DNA of 63,416 bases, counting the filler, from Perkinsus chesapeaki ATCC PRA-425 (Eukaryota > Protista > Perkinsozoa): the NCBI GenBank assembly GCA_013115145.1. It is 4 parts of 4 records of this genome, joined end to end, with 100 filler letters (N's around TTAATTAATTAA, not from the genome) between each part and the next. Parts side by side here need not be neighbours in the genome. Positions count along the whole stretch, not along the records: positions 1 to 31,719 come from JAAPAO010000414.1; positions 31,820 to 60,273 come from JAAPAO010000471.1; 2 more parts are not named here. The stretch is one strand, 5' to 3'. Position 1 is the stretch's first letter; each line of letters begins with the position of its first letter. Both the position numbers and the translations under genes were made by a program. Positions 27,091 through 38,100 of the stretch are shown piece by piece. Below the pieces are notes generated by a model that did not search any database, had not been told where the DNA came from, and worked only from the letters and a program-made list of their open reading frames with translations.

Positions 27091-29092
27091 TTATAATGCA
27101 GTAATAGTCCTTGTTGGCAATGGTACAGGACGATTCACTTCTAAAGATTGGATCATTGTTTTATCAACGGAGGACTCTAGAATGATCTCGGATGGAGTGA
27201 CTGGGGGAGGGCCATCACCACGTGGAACCTAGCCTCAACATTCGCCCTGGAAGGTAACTGGATACCGTACTACGGGTTTTGCTCCAGCTGCTCGCTTAAC
27301 CATCTTATCCGCTCCAGGACGATGTCGGTTCCCATGGCCCGGCCCATCAGGAGTACTTTTGATGCTGTTCTGAAGATTAATAAGCGATAAAATGCCATAA
27401 CATTTATACGCCTCTATCTCACCACTCCTCCTCCACCGCTAGTAGCAGTCCTGTAGCACGAGAGATCTGGCAGCATGAGTTTCCGTCTAGATTGTACGCT
27501 GCTGTACTGCTGTCCTCTCCGCTGGAGGGAGCCTATCTTAGGCAAACCTTTGGGCAAGATCTAGTAACAATAATTCGCTTATCGGACCGCCCAGAGGTAT
27601 ATACCACTGTGCCGGTTCTCCTGTCGAATTGAGAATCCCACCTTCGCCACTTAAAAACGCTTTGCCGTATGTTGCCGACTGGCCCTCGGTAGTAAGGATT
27701 GTCAATACAACCGTGCTCAGAGGAATAGACACCTTTAATCTGCTCGTACCTTTATTGGCATACTTCAATAATTGTTAACACTTTATAGGGAATGATTTAC
27801 GTGGTTTGAGCAGTGAAAAGGAGGTAAGTGTGGTAGCCTGTGAGCCCGATAACAAACCACATAAAGAGACCGCAATATATGAGAATAACCAGAGTAACAG
27901 GAGACTCGGCAATGGCATCTAAACAGGGAGACTCTGAGCCAGTAATGAAATCATAAGCAAGCTACTTCCAAAGCCTTGGTCATTCTCCGCCGATAGTTCG
28001 ACATAATGTGCCACGCAGAGACCGATGGCCCATAATGTAAGCGCCGTTGTACAGAGTAAAAAAACGTAGAAAACACTAAAAACACAAGACGGTTGGCGAA
28101 TTCGACTTGCAGCGGCGCCGGCTCATCTCACCCATAATTGCCTTCGGCAATGCAGTTACCGACCCACGGGCAATGATGATCGAAACGCTGTATACAAATA
28201 TTACATACCGAGCAATGAGTCGTCCTTGGTGGACGATAGAGATGACACGTTGTGCAGTATCTGACACCTCTAGCTGTTAACTCCACAATCATAATACCTT
28301 ACTTAAGCCGAAACGGATGGCAGCTTATCGCACAGTCCTGGAATCTCGGAGGCGGCCTCGTTCGATGCTGAACAGCAATGTCCGGCACACCGACACAACA
28401 TAACAGCTGTGGTCCTATACCTCGCCAGTCGCCGAATCTATATATTCAGCATGATGCTCCAGCCTTGGCAATATACCAGGATCAGAATATATTGTCATCA
28501 TTAGTAAAGACATCGTTACGAATTGTAATAGAACAAATAGAACTCCGTTCGCCCATCCGAATGCCTAAAAGTGCATAACCAACAACATTCGCAAGTTACT
28601 TACCGGCACAACAAAAACGTCGGTTAGAATAGCCGGTGCTAGGATAGCAATGAGTGTACCATATCCTTGGTACCAATCTGGCCTAAACAACGCAACCTGA
28701 TAAGCGCTTGGAATTCACTAGGCTACCCGGTGAGGAGCATCCCTCGACACCAAGTCTTCACATCACCATAGCAAGGTTTTGAAACATAAGAGAGGGCTGA
28801 GAATGGACAACAAATCGAAAGCGAAGTTCTAGCGGGTCAAGAAATTATCGGCGCTCGTAGTGTAACGGTATCATACAAGCTTCCCATGCTTGTGACCCGG
28901 GTTCGACTCCCGGCGGGCGCAGTTTTCCTGTATATTTTTGCAAGAACATTCCGACTACTACGACACCAACAGCGTCCCTTTAACGTTACATGTAGCTTCC
29001 AAGGGTAAATTCATAGTACTAGAGTGCAGACTCCCCGGACCGAGCCGCTTCAGCTCATAGCCACTGATCCGACCATCTCCCGCCTCTAACAT
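27091..29092 (-). CDS. DHHC palmitoyl-acyltransferase, ERF2/ZDHHC9-like (multi-exon)
   Basis: [11 protein letters not shown]|PDW; SDPGILPR; [42 protein letters not shown]; TM helices; [13 protein letters not shown]|YEQIK; NPY. Exon 1 (29092-28990) and the extreme C-terminus are less certain. Confidence 0.9.
28851..28921 (+). tRNA. tRNA-Gly (anticodon CCC)
   Basis: Acceptor stem GCGCTCG/CGGGCGC, anticodon arm CAAGC-TTCCCAT-GCTTG, T-arm CCGGG-TTCGACT-CCCGG, followed by a TTTT Pol III terminator-like run. Confidence 0.95.
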
Positions 29093-29294
29093 AGCCAAAG
29101 ATGACCGACACTCTGTCGCACCTTCGTGATGGAGGCTCATACCATACAGGCTACAAAAGGGAATAACCAACTTCATGCGAAACACACTTGCATAACCCAA
29201 ATACTATATAATATAGCATAATAATAAATTATCATTATTTTGCGGAAGCATCAGTCGGACCATCCAGCCTCGTAGCTATGGATATTTCAACACA

Positions 29295-31176
29295 TCAGAT
29301 ACCCAGTTGAACAAATGCTGGCTTTGGCTTCCGCAGCAGCCCAAGGCTGCTTGGTACGTTAGTTAGTCGGAGGCCCCAGAGAGCAGATACGAAGTGCATC
29401 AGCTCGCCGTCTGAGTAAAAGCGGGTATCAGTAAGCAGACTAAGAGCTGTGTTAACAAACCTGTGGGGCTGCTTTCCGAAAGGCATTCTCTTGCATGTCT
29501 GCCGGTGGTAAACCAAACTCATCTACGGACTCTGTAACTGCCCAACCCTGCGGAGCTCCTGTATCGTCGTCATCCGAGGCAGTGCCGATCTGCCACATAT
29601 CGTCGGTAATAAGGGTTCGTTGTATCCTAGCTAACCTCGAAATCTACAGGCTGCCATCCGTTCCTCGTCGGGGAAAGCTGATTAGTGTAGTCCTTCACGT
29701 ATCTCATGCCACGCCACCGCAGCACTTGCAGCAAGCACGCTACTACGCTCAAACCGATCAGCGTTGACCTGCTGCCCAATCCCTGCCCCCCAGCCTCACC
29801 CGCCGTCTTACGTTTCCACATTGACACTAACCTCTGCGCTTACTGATCGAGTCGCCCAAAGTAGCAGTAGCAGCACAACCATCGGGTCGAAGACAACTCC
29901 GTACCGCAGCATCAACAAAGGCCGACGGATCTTTGGCCGCAGACATGGCCAACCCGTAACCAACTGAACGGCACAATGACAGATGAATCCCCCTCCCAGT
30001 GCCTACCGCCCACAGTGCAAGCTCGATAAAAGTAAGCCAGACCACCCCAAGACGACAAAGGCTTAACCCTCCCCATGGGATATCGTCAGCAGAGACAAGC
30101 TGGAACACACTGTAGCACTGCAGCGCAGATTCACCAGCCTGAAGGCTTCGCTATGAAGGCAAAAGTGCGCCGCCGTTAAGATTACCTTGGTCAAGCATAT
30201 GACATCTTGGGTCATCAACAAGGCAGATGCGAGAATCAAGGCAATCGAGATAAGGCTAAAGAATACCCTCGAGGACTGACAATATAATCTACCACCTCCA
30301 TGGCCAACAGCTTGCTTACCCTTCGTGGGCCAAGTGGACTGTGGGAAAAGCCCGGTACAGGTGGGTAAGAAACAACACTGGCTATAATGGAGAACAGACA
30401 ATACCTAATAATCGGCCATTCCAGCAGCTGACCCGCCGCCGCCACCGCCCGTATTACAGATTAACAAGCCTATAACCGTTGGTTGCATGAGCCTTCCCCG
30501 GCAAGACGGTATACACTGAGGAAAGCGCCACAACAGGCAGGCATATCCAGGGCGATAGATCTCTGGCCTAAAGGCTGGAATAAGAGGAGATGAATCAAGA
30601 GGCTCTTACAAATGCTAGCCATCCCTGATTGCCAAACCACATACCAAACGCCCACAGCACAAGCCTACCAATAACTACACCTGGAGAGACCCGCTGGATA
30701 GAGATGGGAGACAACTTATTACCGCTGGATGTTGCTGCAATAATGCCACCTAGGTAAGCCACAGAGCCTCTACGGTCAAGCCCGTCTATGATATCCGACA
30801 GGTAAAGCACAGTCTTGGTATCATCATTATTGGCCCATTCCAATAGAGGGACAAGAAAGACGGGGATCAGCAAAGAATGGGCGAGCTACCAACACTTGGC
30901 CACTTCTCTCACAATTATTATTACCAGCATCATCCCCACCGCTAACCCTTTCGGAGCTCTCAATCTTAACTGAGCCTCCCTCCGTTGTACCCGTGCCACG
31001 TTCATAATGACTCTAGTAGTCGGCGTCATTGCTAGTTCAGCAAATCGTTTGAAAGGATTGGTGGGACCTAATAAATCTCGGCGGCGGCCTCCCAAGGGTT
31101 CACGGTAACTTACTCCTGTTCGACGTGCCAGTGTAGTCCAACTCGCTGGATGCAAGCGAATCAACCTCCGCAGCAT
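29295..31176 (-). CDS. Hypothetical membrane protein(s), one or two multi-exon genes; Arg-rich mitochondrial-transit-like N-terminus
   Basis: ATG 31176 MLRRLIRLHPASWTTLARR; several hydrophobic exons (VAYLGGIIAA, LVLWAFGMWFG, WICLPVVALSSVY); exon RIQRTLITDDMWQIGTASDDDD; structure unresolved. Confidence 0.4.
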
Positions 31177-31501
31177 CTTCGTTTGAAGATATAATGGCGT
31201 CCGATGGCAGTCGCACTAAGCCAAGGACTCCGCTATTTGTTTGCTCCACCGTCATCCCTCCTTCGGTCATGTTAACAGCAAAATATCAAAGTGGCCTCTG
31301 TCGAGCGCATTGTGCGTGTGGACGGTCTCGGTGCAACCAACCACAAGAATATATTAATAAGCCTTATAAAAAGGAGTTTGGGTGTGTGAACCAATCACGC
31401 GCCAACTGATATAACTCAATAACTTCTCAAATAATAACAGATAAGGCCTTAGTTAGTATAACCAACAAAGGAACTTAACCAATATAGCTTCTAAGAATTA
31501 T

Positions 31502-31578
31502 CCACGAATTCACCACGAATTCTCCACGAATTCACCACGAATTCACCACGAATTCACCACGAATTCACCACGAATTCT
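31502..31578. repeat. 11-bp tandem repeat x7 (CCACGAATTC[A/T])
   Basis: Units at 31502, 31513, 31524, 31535, 31546, 31557, 31568. Confidence 0.95.
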
Positions 31579-31719
31579 ATCTACTTAAACGTATATGCTA
31601 TAGCGTACTAAGCTTACGTAGCTCAGCTAAAGATATGTGAGAAAGATGTTGTAGACCTGTGTGAGCGAGCCTCTCCTTCGGGATACAGGGCGAGCGAGAT
31701 TCACAGTGGTCGCGCAAGC

Positions 31720-31819
31720 NNNNNNNNNNNNNNNNNNNNNNNNNNNNNNNNNNNNNNNNNNNNTTAATTAATTAANNNNNNNNNNNNNNNNNNNNNNNNN
31801 NNNNNNNNNNNNNNNNNNN
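31720..31819. other. Artificial contig linker (N run with TTAATTAATTAA)
   Basis: 100 nt, six-frame-stop core at 31764-31775. Confidence 0.97.
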
Positions 31820-32035
31820 AAGGGAGCGGTATGACCATAAAAGATACTTTAATAATAGAAGGGAGCGGTATGACCATATAAGATACTTTAATGATAGAAG
31901 GGAGCGGTATGACCATATAAGATACTTTAATGATAGAAGGGAGCGGTATGATCATATAAGATACTTTAATAATAGAAGGGAGCGGTATGATCATATAAGA
32001 TACTTTAATAATAGAAGGGAGCGGTATGATCATAT
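31820..32035. repeat. 39-bp tandem repeat, at least 5.5 copies, truncated by the gap
   Basis: Unit AAGGGAGCGGTATGA[C/T]CATA[A/T]AAGATACTTTAAT[A/G]ATAG starting at 31820, 31859, 31898, 31937, 31976, 32015. Confidence 0.95.
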
Positions 32036-32079
32036 ATGACTACATGATGTAGTCTACATCAATGCTTCACTGAACACAT

Positions 32080-32940
32080 GAATATAAACCATCTTCAACT
32101 GCCCATCATTTTTCCCGTCCAATACTCCTACCTGGTTGCATTTGATAATACCTCGCCAAATCCTTCCATCGACACTCAAAAGTGTATTGGTCATCTGGCT
32201 TCACCTCATAAGCGTTAATAAAGGCATACCGCGACCGCTTCAACGGGAAAACGTCGTAGCTGCATGAAAATACTTCCGGAATTTCAGAGAATAATTTACT
32301 TAACCACTTAATAATTAGAATCATTTACTTTTTCCTAGTGTCTCCCCCAACAGACGGCAAACTGGATCCCGGAAATACAGTACGGTACAGGGCAATCACC
32401 AAGGACTTCGCAAAGGGTAGTTTAACTTGCTCGATAAAATTTCATTCTGACTAGCAAAGCCACACTTTCACTAAACAGCAGCCGCTGGGATTTTCGACGT
32501 CTTCGCTTCCATCTCGCTCGACTTTCCTCGAAAATTTCGTGGATTTAGTTGACCGGTGGCCGATTCGCCCGGGCACGACCCTGTTCCTATTTCCTGTATT
32601 AATCCAAATACGACTCTTTACGAGGCCCTGTAACAGCATTGACCACGCGCCACGAAATTACTTACACGTTATCTACATCCGGATTGCAGAATGCATAGGC
32701 GAGGAAGTATCCAGAGGAAAAACAAATGCCTCGATTGAGGAACCGATACCCCCACGCGACGTGGGTCTGATCGCCGGGCATGGGCAAAGGTAGGAACTCT
32801 ACGATCAAACAAAAATACGGTATGAAAAATGCCATAATGGAGAAACAAAGATAAGCTGCTATTTAGAAATGTGAGATACTCAACAGAAACTATACGGTGG
32901 CGTGAAGGTCGGATGCCGAAATACAACACCACTGAGATGC
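32080..32940 (-). CDS. Hypothetical multi-exon protein
   Basis: Exon-like frames FLPLPMPGDQTHVAWGYRFLNRG.., QNEILSSKLNYPLRSPW, EIPEVFSCSYDVFPLKRSRYAFINAYEVKPDDQYTFECRW; no family recognised. Confidence 0.35.
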
Positions 32941-33402
32941 CAGTTATGGTAGAAAAAAGTAATGTACGATTGAGTTATAAATTATCATAGAAGAGCTATC
33001 AACTAGACTCTCGCCTATGAAAGTGAGCACGTACACTTCGGACAAACAGAACGCCGTCGTTCAAAGACTCCGCCAGTTTGAGGTCAATTGACCCTTCGGT
33101 CGATCTCTGATGCCCTTTAGAACTTCATCGACAGATATATATTGACAATGAGCGCGAAGAGCAAGGATAATAATCGTCAGATATATTAAGGCATCCTCTG
33201 TTTCGGGAATTAAATATATGTATAAAGCTTGAACACTGTTTAATATACGGATGTATAAAGCTCACAATTTTTGCAACTATCAAACTTTCGAAGCGCATTT
33301 CTACGAGCTTGTCGGAAAGCAATCTGCCCAAGTAAGCTAATAAATATGAGAGAGAACTGAATCAACACAACGCCTGTCGGAAGAAAAATGTTACGAATGC
33401 AA

Positions 33403-34278
33403 TCACTCAGTGACTTTAGATTTCTTATGGATCCGATCCACTGCCTCGGCCACTCGCTTAACCATATCACTTCGTTCGGCAACAACCTTTCTCTCCGCTG
33501 ACGAAGGCCCAACGTCGAGACCGCCGGATTTGGCGAATTCCCGTATTTCCCAGGACACTCTTCGAACGGCGGTTTCGAGCTTCCTAGAACTCTTGTTGAC
33601 GCCGTCAATGTACTTCTCTCGATGAGTAGGAGATTCACAGCCGATTTCACGCGCCACGAAACTACAGATTCCATGAATCTTAATTTTAACGTTATCAGGC
33701 CGGCCGAAAAGATACGCGTTCCGCGAGGAACTAAAGGTGTACTTTTTATCGGCATAAAACTTCGCCACGTCCAGCAACCGCTCCCAGTTCTCGCCGATCT
33801 CAACGTCGATACCGTGCTCAGTGGCAGCCAGCTGGAGATCCCTCTCATATTTCCACAGAAAAGCCTCGCCTGCACTGGTTGGTTTGGCTTCGAAAGATTC
33901 ACAGGGAGCGTAAAGGGTACCAAGGCCGCGGACAACTTTGGAGCCGGAAACCTTATTAAGGTTGCTAGTAAAGTTGATGAAGTTAATTTCTTCTTTGTCG
34001 AATTCGTCGGTGGCGTCATCTCGACCTTGTACGTATCCTTCGCAACATTTCACATCGGAGATGACCTCGCCGCAATTAGTGCAAACATGCGTGGCCGTAT
34101 TGTGTTCGTATTCAACGAAGCTTATCGGATGCTTGCAGCACATAGCGCCGGAACCTCTATTAAGGGCGGGCCTGTCGTTTTGGAATGATAATATTGGCAG
34201 GGACAACGAAGGGGATTCAATCAACCTCTGGGGAATCTTTGGTATCTTGAAATCTTGCATTTCCTTAATGTAGCGCAT
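33403..34278 (-). CDS. Intronless protein with a TFIIB-type zinc ribbon (start may be Met at 34143)
   Basis: 291-aa ORF; MCCKHPISFVEYEHNTATHVCTNCGEVISD matches the TFIIB/BRF Zn-ribbon pattern C..(C/H)...VEYD...G..VC..CG.V. Confidence 0.7.
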   Translation of the reverse strand: MRYIKEMQDFKIPKIPQRLIESPSLSLPILSFQNDRPALNRGSGAMCCKHPISFVEYEHNTATHVCTNCGEVISDVKCCEGYVQGRDDATDEFDKEEINFINFTSNLNKVSGSKVVRGLGTLYAPCESFEAKPTSAGEAFLWKYERDLQLAATEHGIDVEIGENWERLLDVAKFYADKKYTFSSSRNAYLFGRPDNVKIKIHGICSFVAREIGCESPTHREKYIDGVNKSSRKLETAVRRVSWEIREFAKSGGLDVGPSSAERKVVAERSDMVKRVAEAVDRIHKKSKVTE

Positions 34279-34500
34279 GTTAGAATCTCGCTCGCCTTTA
34301 AATCAAATGCGCTGGTCGAGTTGAGAGCTTTCATTTGACGAACTTTTGTATGGAGCAAGACAGTTTGATAGATCCATCTTGATAATAAGACTAGCTTCTA
34401 GAATATCATCTCTACTGGTATCGTATTTCACTTACAGAAATGCAATCTTATCGAATTTTGCAAAGATATCTTAGCTTCAAGCTTGCACTTTATCAAATTA

Positions 34501-35160
34501 ATGTCGGACGACCTTATTATTGTCCACGATACAGCATGTCTGGAATCGGCTTTCACCGTGAAGACCATCCATAAGAGCATGCTCAGCATCCTCGGCTTCA
34601 CTGTAAGGCTATCTAAACCACGCCTATCTAACTTAGCAATTTTGATACTAATGTTGGCTCAAGGTGGTAAACATGTAGTTGATTCAACGTATTCTTACCT
34701 TTTGCTAGCAACATCCGATCTCTCTTTCCCATCCATGGCTGAGGGATAATTAGCGTTCTTAAAAAGATTGTATCTGGTGGTTTTAGTTGATACAGCAAGT
34801 GCTTGTCTGGGGCGATTTCGGTCGATGTTTCAGGTCCAGGAGCCCAAGACCGATAAAGAGAACTATGTTGTGAAATCCCAGAACATCGGCTTTTTGATAT
34901 GTAAGTCAGTCTTTCCCGGTGGAGTGAGCTTTTTTCCAGGCGGTGCGGAGACTTTTAAAAATGAGGTTGTGGTCGATGCATTAAAGCAGGCCATTGAAGG
35001 GAAGAAAAATATTGTAATTGGCTTGTGTGGCGAAATTTTTTGAGATCTCTTGTAGGTCTTGCTGCATTGGATTTCGTCGTGCCCGAATATCGAGGAAGCG
35101 ATTCAAGTGGCTCCCGAGGCGTATAAGGAAGTTCTTGGTGGGAAAAAACAAATCATCTAT
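34501..35160 (+). CDS. TIR-like domain 1 of the dynein fusion (exons 1-4)
   Basis: [26 protein letters not shown]|[13 protein letters not shown]|[25 protein letters not shown]|VLLHW: TIR beta/alpha alternation. Confidence 0.6.
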
Positions 35161-38100
35161 GTAATACTTGATGGAAAAATTTTTGGAAAAATGGGAATTT
35201 TGCGGAAATTTTATGAGTAAGTATGTATGCTTGTTAATTTCAAGATATTCTTGTTGAAAGACCTACTCTATTTATGATTGATTTTTATGAATTTTATTGA
35301 TCGGGCACGATCGGGCACGCAAGCCATCGGTGTCGGTGGGATTTTTGAACTGGTATTAGATTGGGAAATCTTAAAATTTCCTGGGTGGATCGTCTTACTT
35401 CATCAGGTCGAAGACTTAATCAATGAGTGCAACGATAGTCTTCTGAATGTTCTGAAATTGGGCGACCAGGAGAGAGTTGAGCACGTTAGAGAAGTGCGAT
35501 CGAGACAGGCCATGGATGATATATTGAGATTTGGAGCGAAGGTGGTGACGTGGGACAGATTATCATTTCGGGGGAGTATTATCTCGTCTGAGGTCTGAGA
35601 CTCACGGTGTCGGTCGAGATTTGGGATTGCTCTCCGGGCTTCTCTGGTTCGGAAATTATGGGAACGTCGCTATTTCGTTTTTGGAGGGTGGAACTGAATG
35701 TAGCGGGCTCATTGTATTTGATCGTTTCAATTGTGACTAGCGAAGAGGAAGCGTTAAAAGTAAGATGGCATTAATAAATATGTAATGAGTGAAGTGATAT
35801 AGTGTCACGATAAGATACTCTGTATAATATAATAGTGCTGATATAGCTCATTACGTATAATGTAATACAGTGTCTTGAAACTTAATTTGTATTTTTTGAC
35901 GGTGGTTTATTCGCGTTAGAAGAACATGGCTTTTATATTTGCAAAATATGCAATCTGACGACGGGGTTTTTCTAGGCATTACCGCCAAAGGAGGTGTTAC
36001 CTCTAACGGTAGACCTTCCGGCTCATAAGTGTAATGAGAATATAAGTAGTGCAGTATAATAGTGTTAATATAGTTTATTATGTCTAGCTTAAGGAATATA
36101 GTATCTAGAAATTTAATTTGTATTTTTTGAGAGTGGTTAATTTCCGCAGGTATCTAAAGCTAGGATGAGATCGTCGGTTCGCAAAAGATATGATTTCTGC
36201 ATCACTTGTGCGAAACACATAATATCTGAGAAGGCACCGAGTATGGCGGAGCATCTTCATAAGTAACATTCGAGTTGGATTTGGTCGAGCAGCAGGATAG
36301 ATCTCTTTAGGCAATTCAACTCGTTGGCGCCAGCTCTGTCGGTGGCGCTCAATAACGGTGTGTCGTCTGGTTATAATAGCGTATCTGAAACGGCTCGGGT
36401 AAGGTGGGGTTACCTGGAAAGGCACTTGTTGATGTAAATGAACGTCCGTAACTATTTGGGCTTATTTCTCACCATTTTCTTTCGTTATCGGGCTCCATGG
36501 ATTCTTCCGTTGGAATCAGATCTTGTTATAGCCATAAAGAAGGGAAAGAATGCTGAAATCGGTTCCGCTTTGAAAAAAACGACCCAAAAATCATCGTTAA
36601 GTTGAACTTGAACTAACTGTCGAAACTCGGAAAAGTACTGTTGTTTCCGAAAAGCTTTCGCAGACTTGACAAATATAGCAGCTCCGAAACGGTTGCATAC
36701 TAAAGAACGAACAACTTGTGGTTAGGAGAAATGGCGCACCTCCCTTGGCTGGATTCTCTTGTCAGGTATCAAACGTGAGAGAGTCCTTCAATTTGGTCAT
36801 TCTTGTCACGGCTAACTGTTTTACCGATGAGCAACTTTGTGAAGAGGTCAGAGTTGCACTGGAGCAAGAGGTGAGTTTCGTGGCGCGTGAGAAAATTGTC
36901 ACCGAAGTGACCCGGCAGTGTTTGTCCGTTGATGAGAGATACCACCTATTGATTTGAACTCATTGAGAGGGAGATTGTAGAGAGTTGACGTTCATCGCTA
37001 CTGGTGTTACTCAAATCGTTGCCGGGCATAGAAATGCAAAGGTATACACAAACCTACTCAGTGATATGATTACTAGTGATTTCGATATACGAGTAGCAAA
37101 ACTGAGTTAGGCAGAGACGGTTACACAGATATGTGAGACGTATCTGGCGACACGCATGCGTTGTGTGCAGCGCGCCGGCGCAACGCACTATAAATATTAT
37201 CAAGATGTTGTGATTCTTAGATAATAAAGTCACTTGCATATCTTTAATAATGGCTACGGGCACCTCTAATAGGAGATCTAGAACGCCGGAAAGAATGTTG
37301 TATAAATGATAAAAATGCTAGCAGCGAGAAAAGTCATTTATCGGACTCTAGGATCTGTATTGGTTGGGAACTATAATTAACAATTATAATTCATTTGATT
37401 TGTTCGGATGTGGATGATGTTAATTAGGTCCATATTACGCTACTTCATGTGATAACTGATGCAACAGGAGGAGTTGAGGAAGAGCTGTTGCGTTGTGAAG
37501 ATTTGGTGCATAGAGATTGTCTTAGAAGGTAGACCAAAAGGCCTTGAGAATGCTTTACGGTTTTTCTATCAGATCTCCCACGTATTCTTATCTGCAAGAG
37601 CACGCCAGTGCAGCTGTCAGAAAACTGTTGTTGCCTGGTTTGGTGAAAATGGAGGAGAATAAGTCGCCGAGGTCGGTTGCAACTTGAAGGAAATGAGGAT
37701 ACTAATTTCGCGACAGGTCACGCGCAGCCGGGGTGCCGTCATTTCGGTTGGAATATAAAAACAGTAAAGCAATGGAGCTGCCGGGAGACGGTCGCATGGC
37801 GATGTAGGGTGCCGGGATCGAACCTGGGTGATTGGGTTTCGAGATCAGATATAAGCTGGCGAAGGAGGACTCTAAGAAGAATATTAGAGTGCCGTCGGAT
37901 ATCGATACGAATATAAAGTCTTTGTTTGAACTGTACGACACAGAAAGCAAAGGGGTGGTTGACTGGAATCAGTTTGTGAAGATCGATAGAGTGGGAAGAT
38001 ACGCGCTCGGAAATCTTTATAGTGCGCAATTGCAGGTCATCACGGAGACACTGGGAGGGCAATATAGTGAAATGATCAGTCGAAGAATTTACTCCCTTAT

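Noticed and set aside
31764-31775. TTAATTAATTAA palindromic motif within N runs (also 60318 and 61966)
   Set aside because: Artificial six-frame-stop linker used when concatenating contigs; it is not biological, so synteny across it cannot be assumed
31764-32033. ORF of repeated MIIPLPSIIKVSY
   Set aside because: Simply the stop-free reverse frame of a 39-bp (multiple of 3) minisatellite running into Ns; no evidence of coding
31502-32035. CRISPR-like appearance of the regular repeats (also 8627 and 52948)
   Set aside because: No unique spacers, no cas genes, and a eukaryotic context
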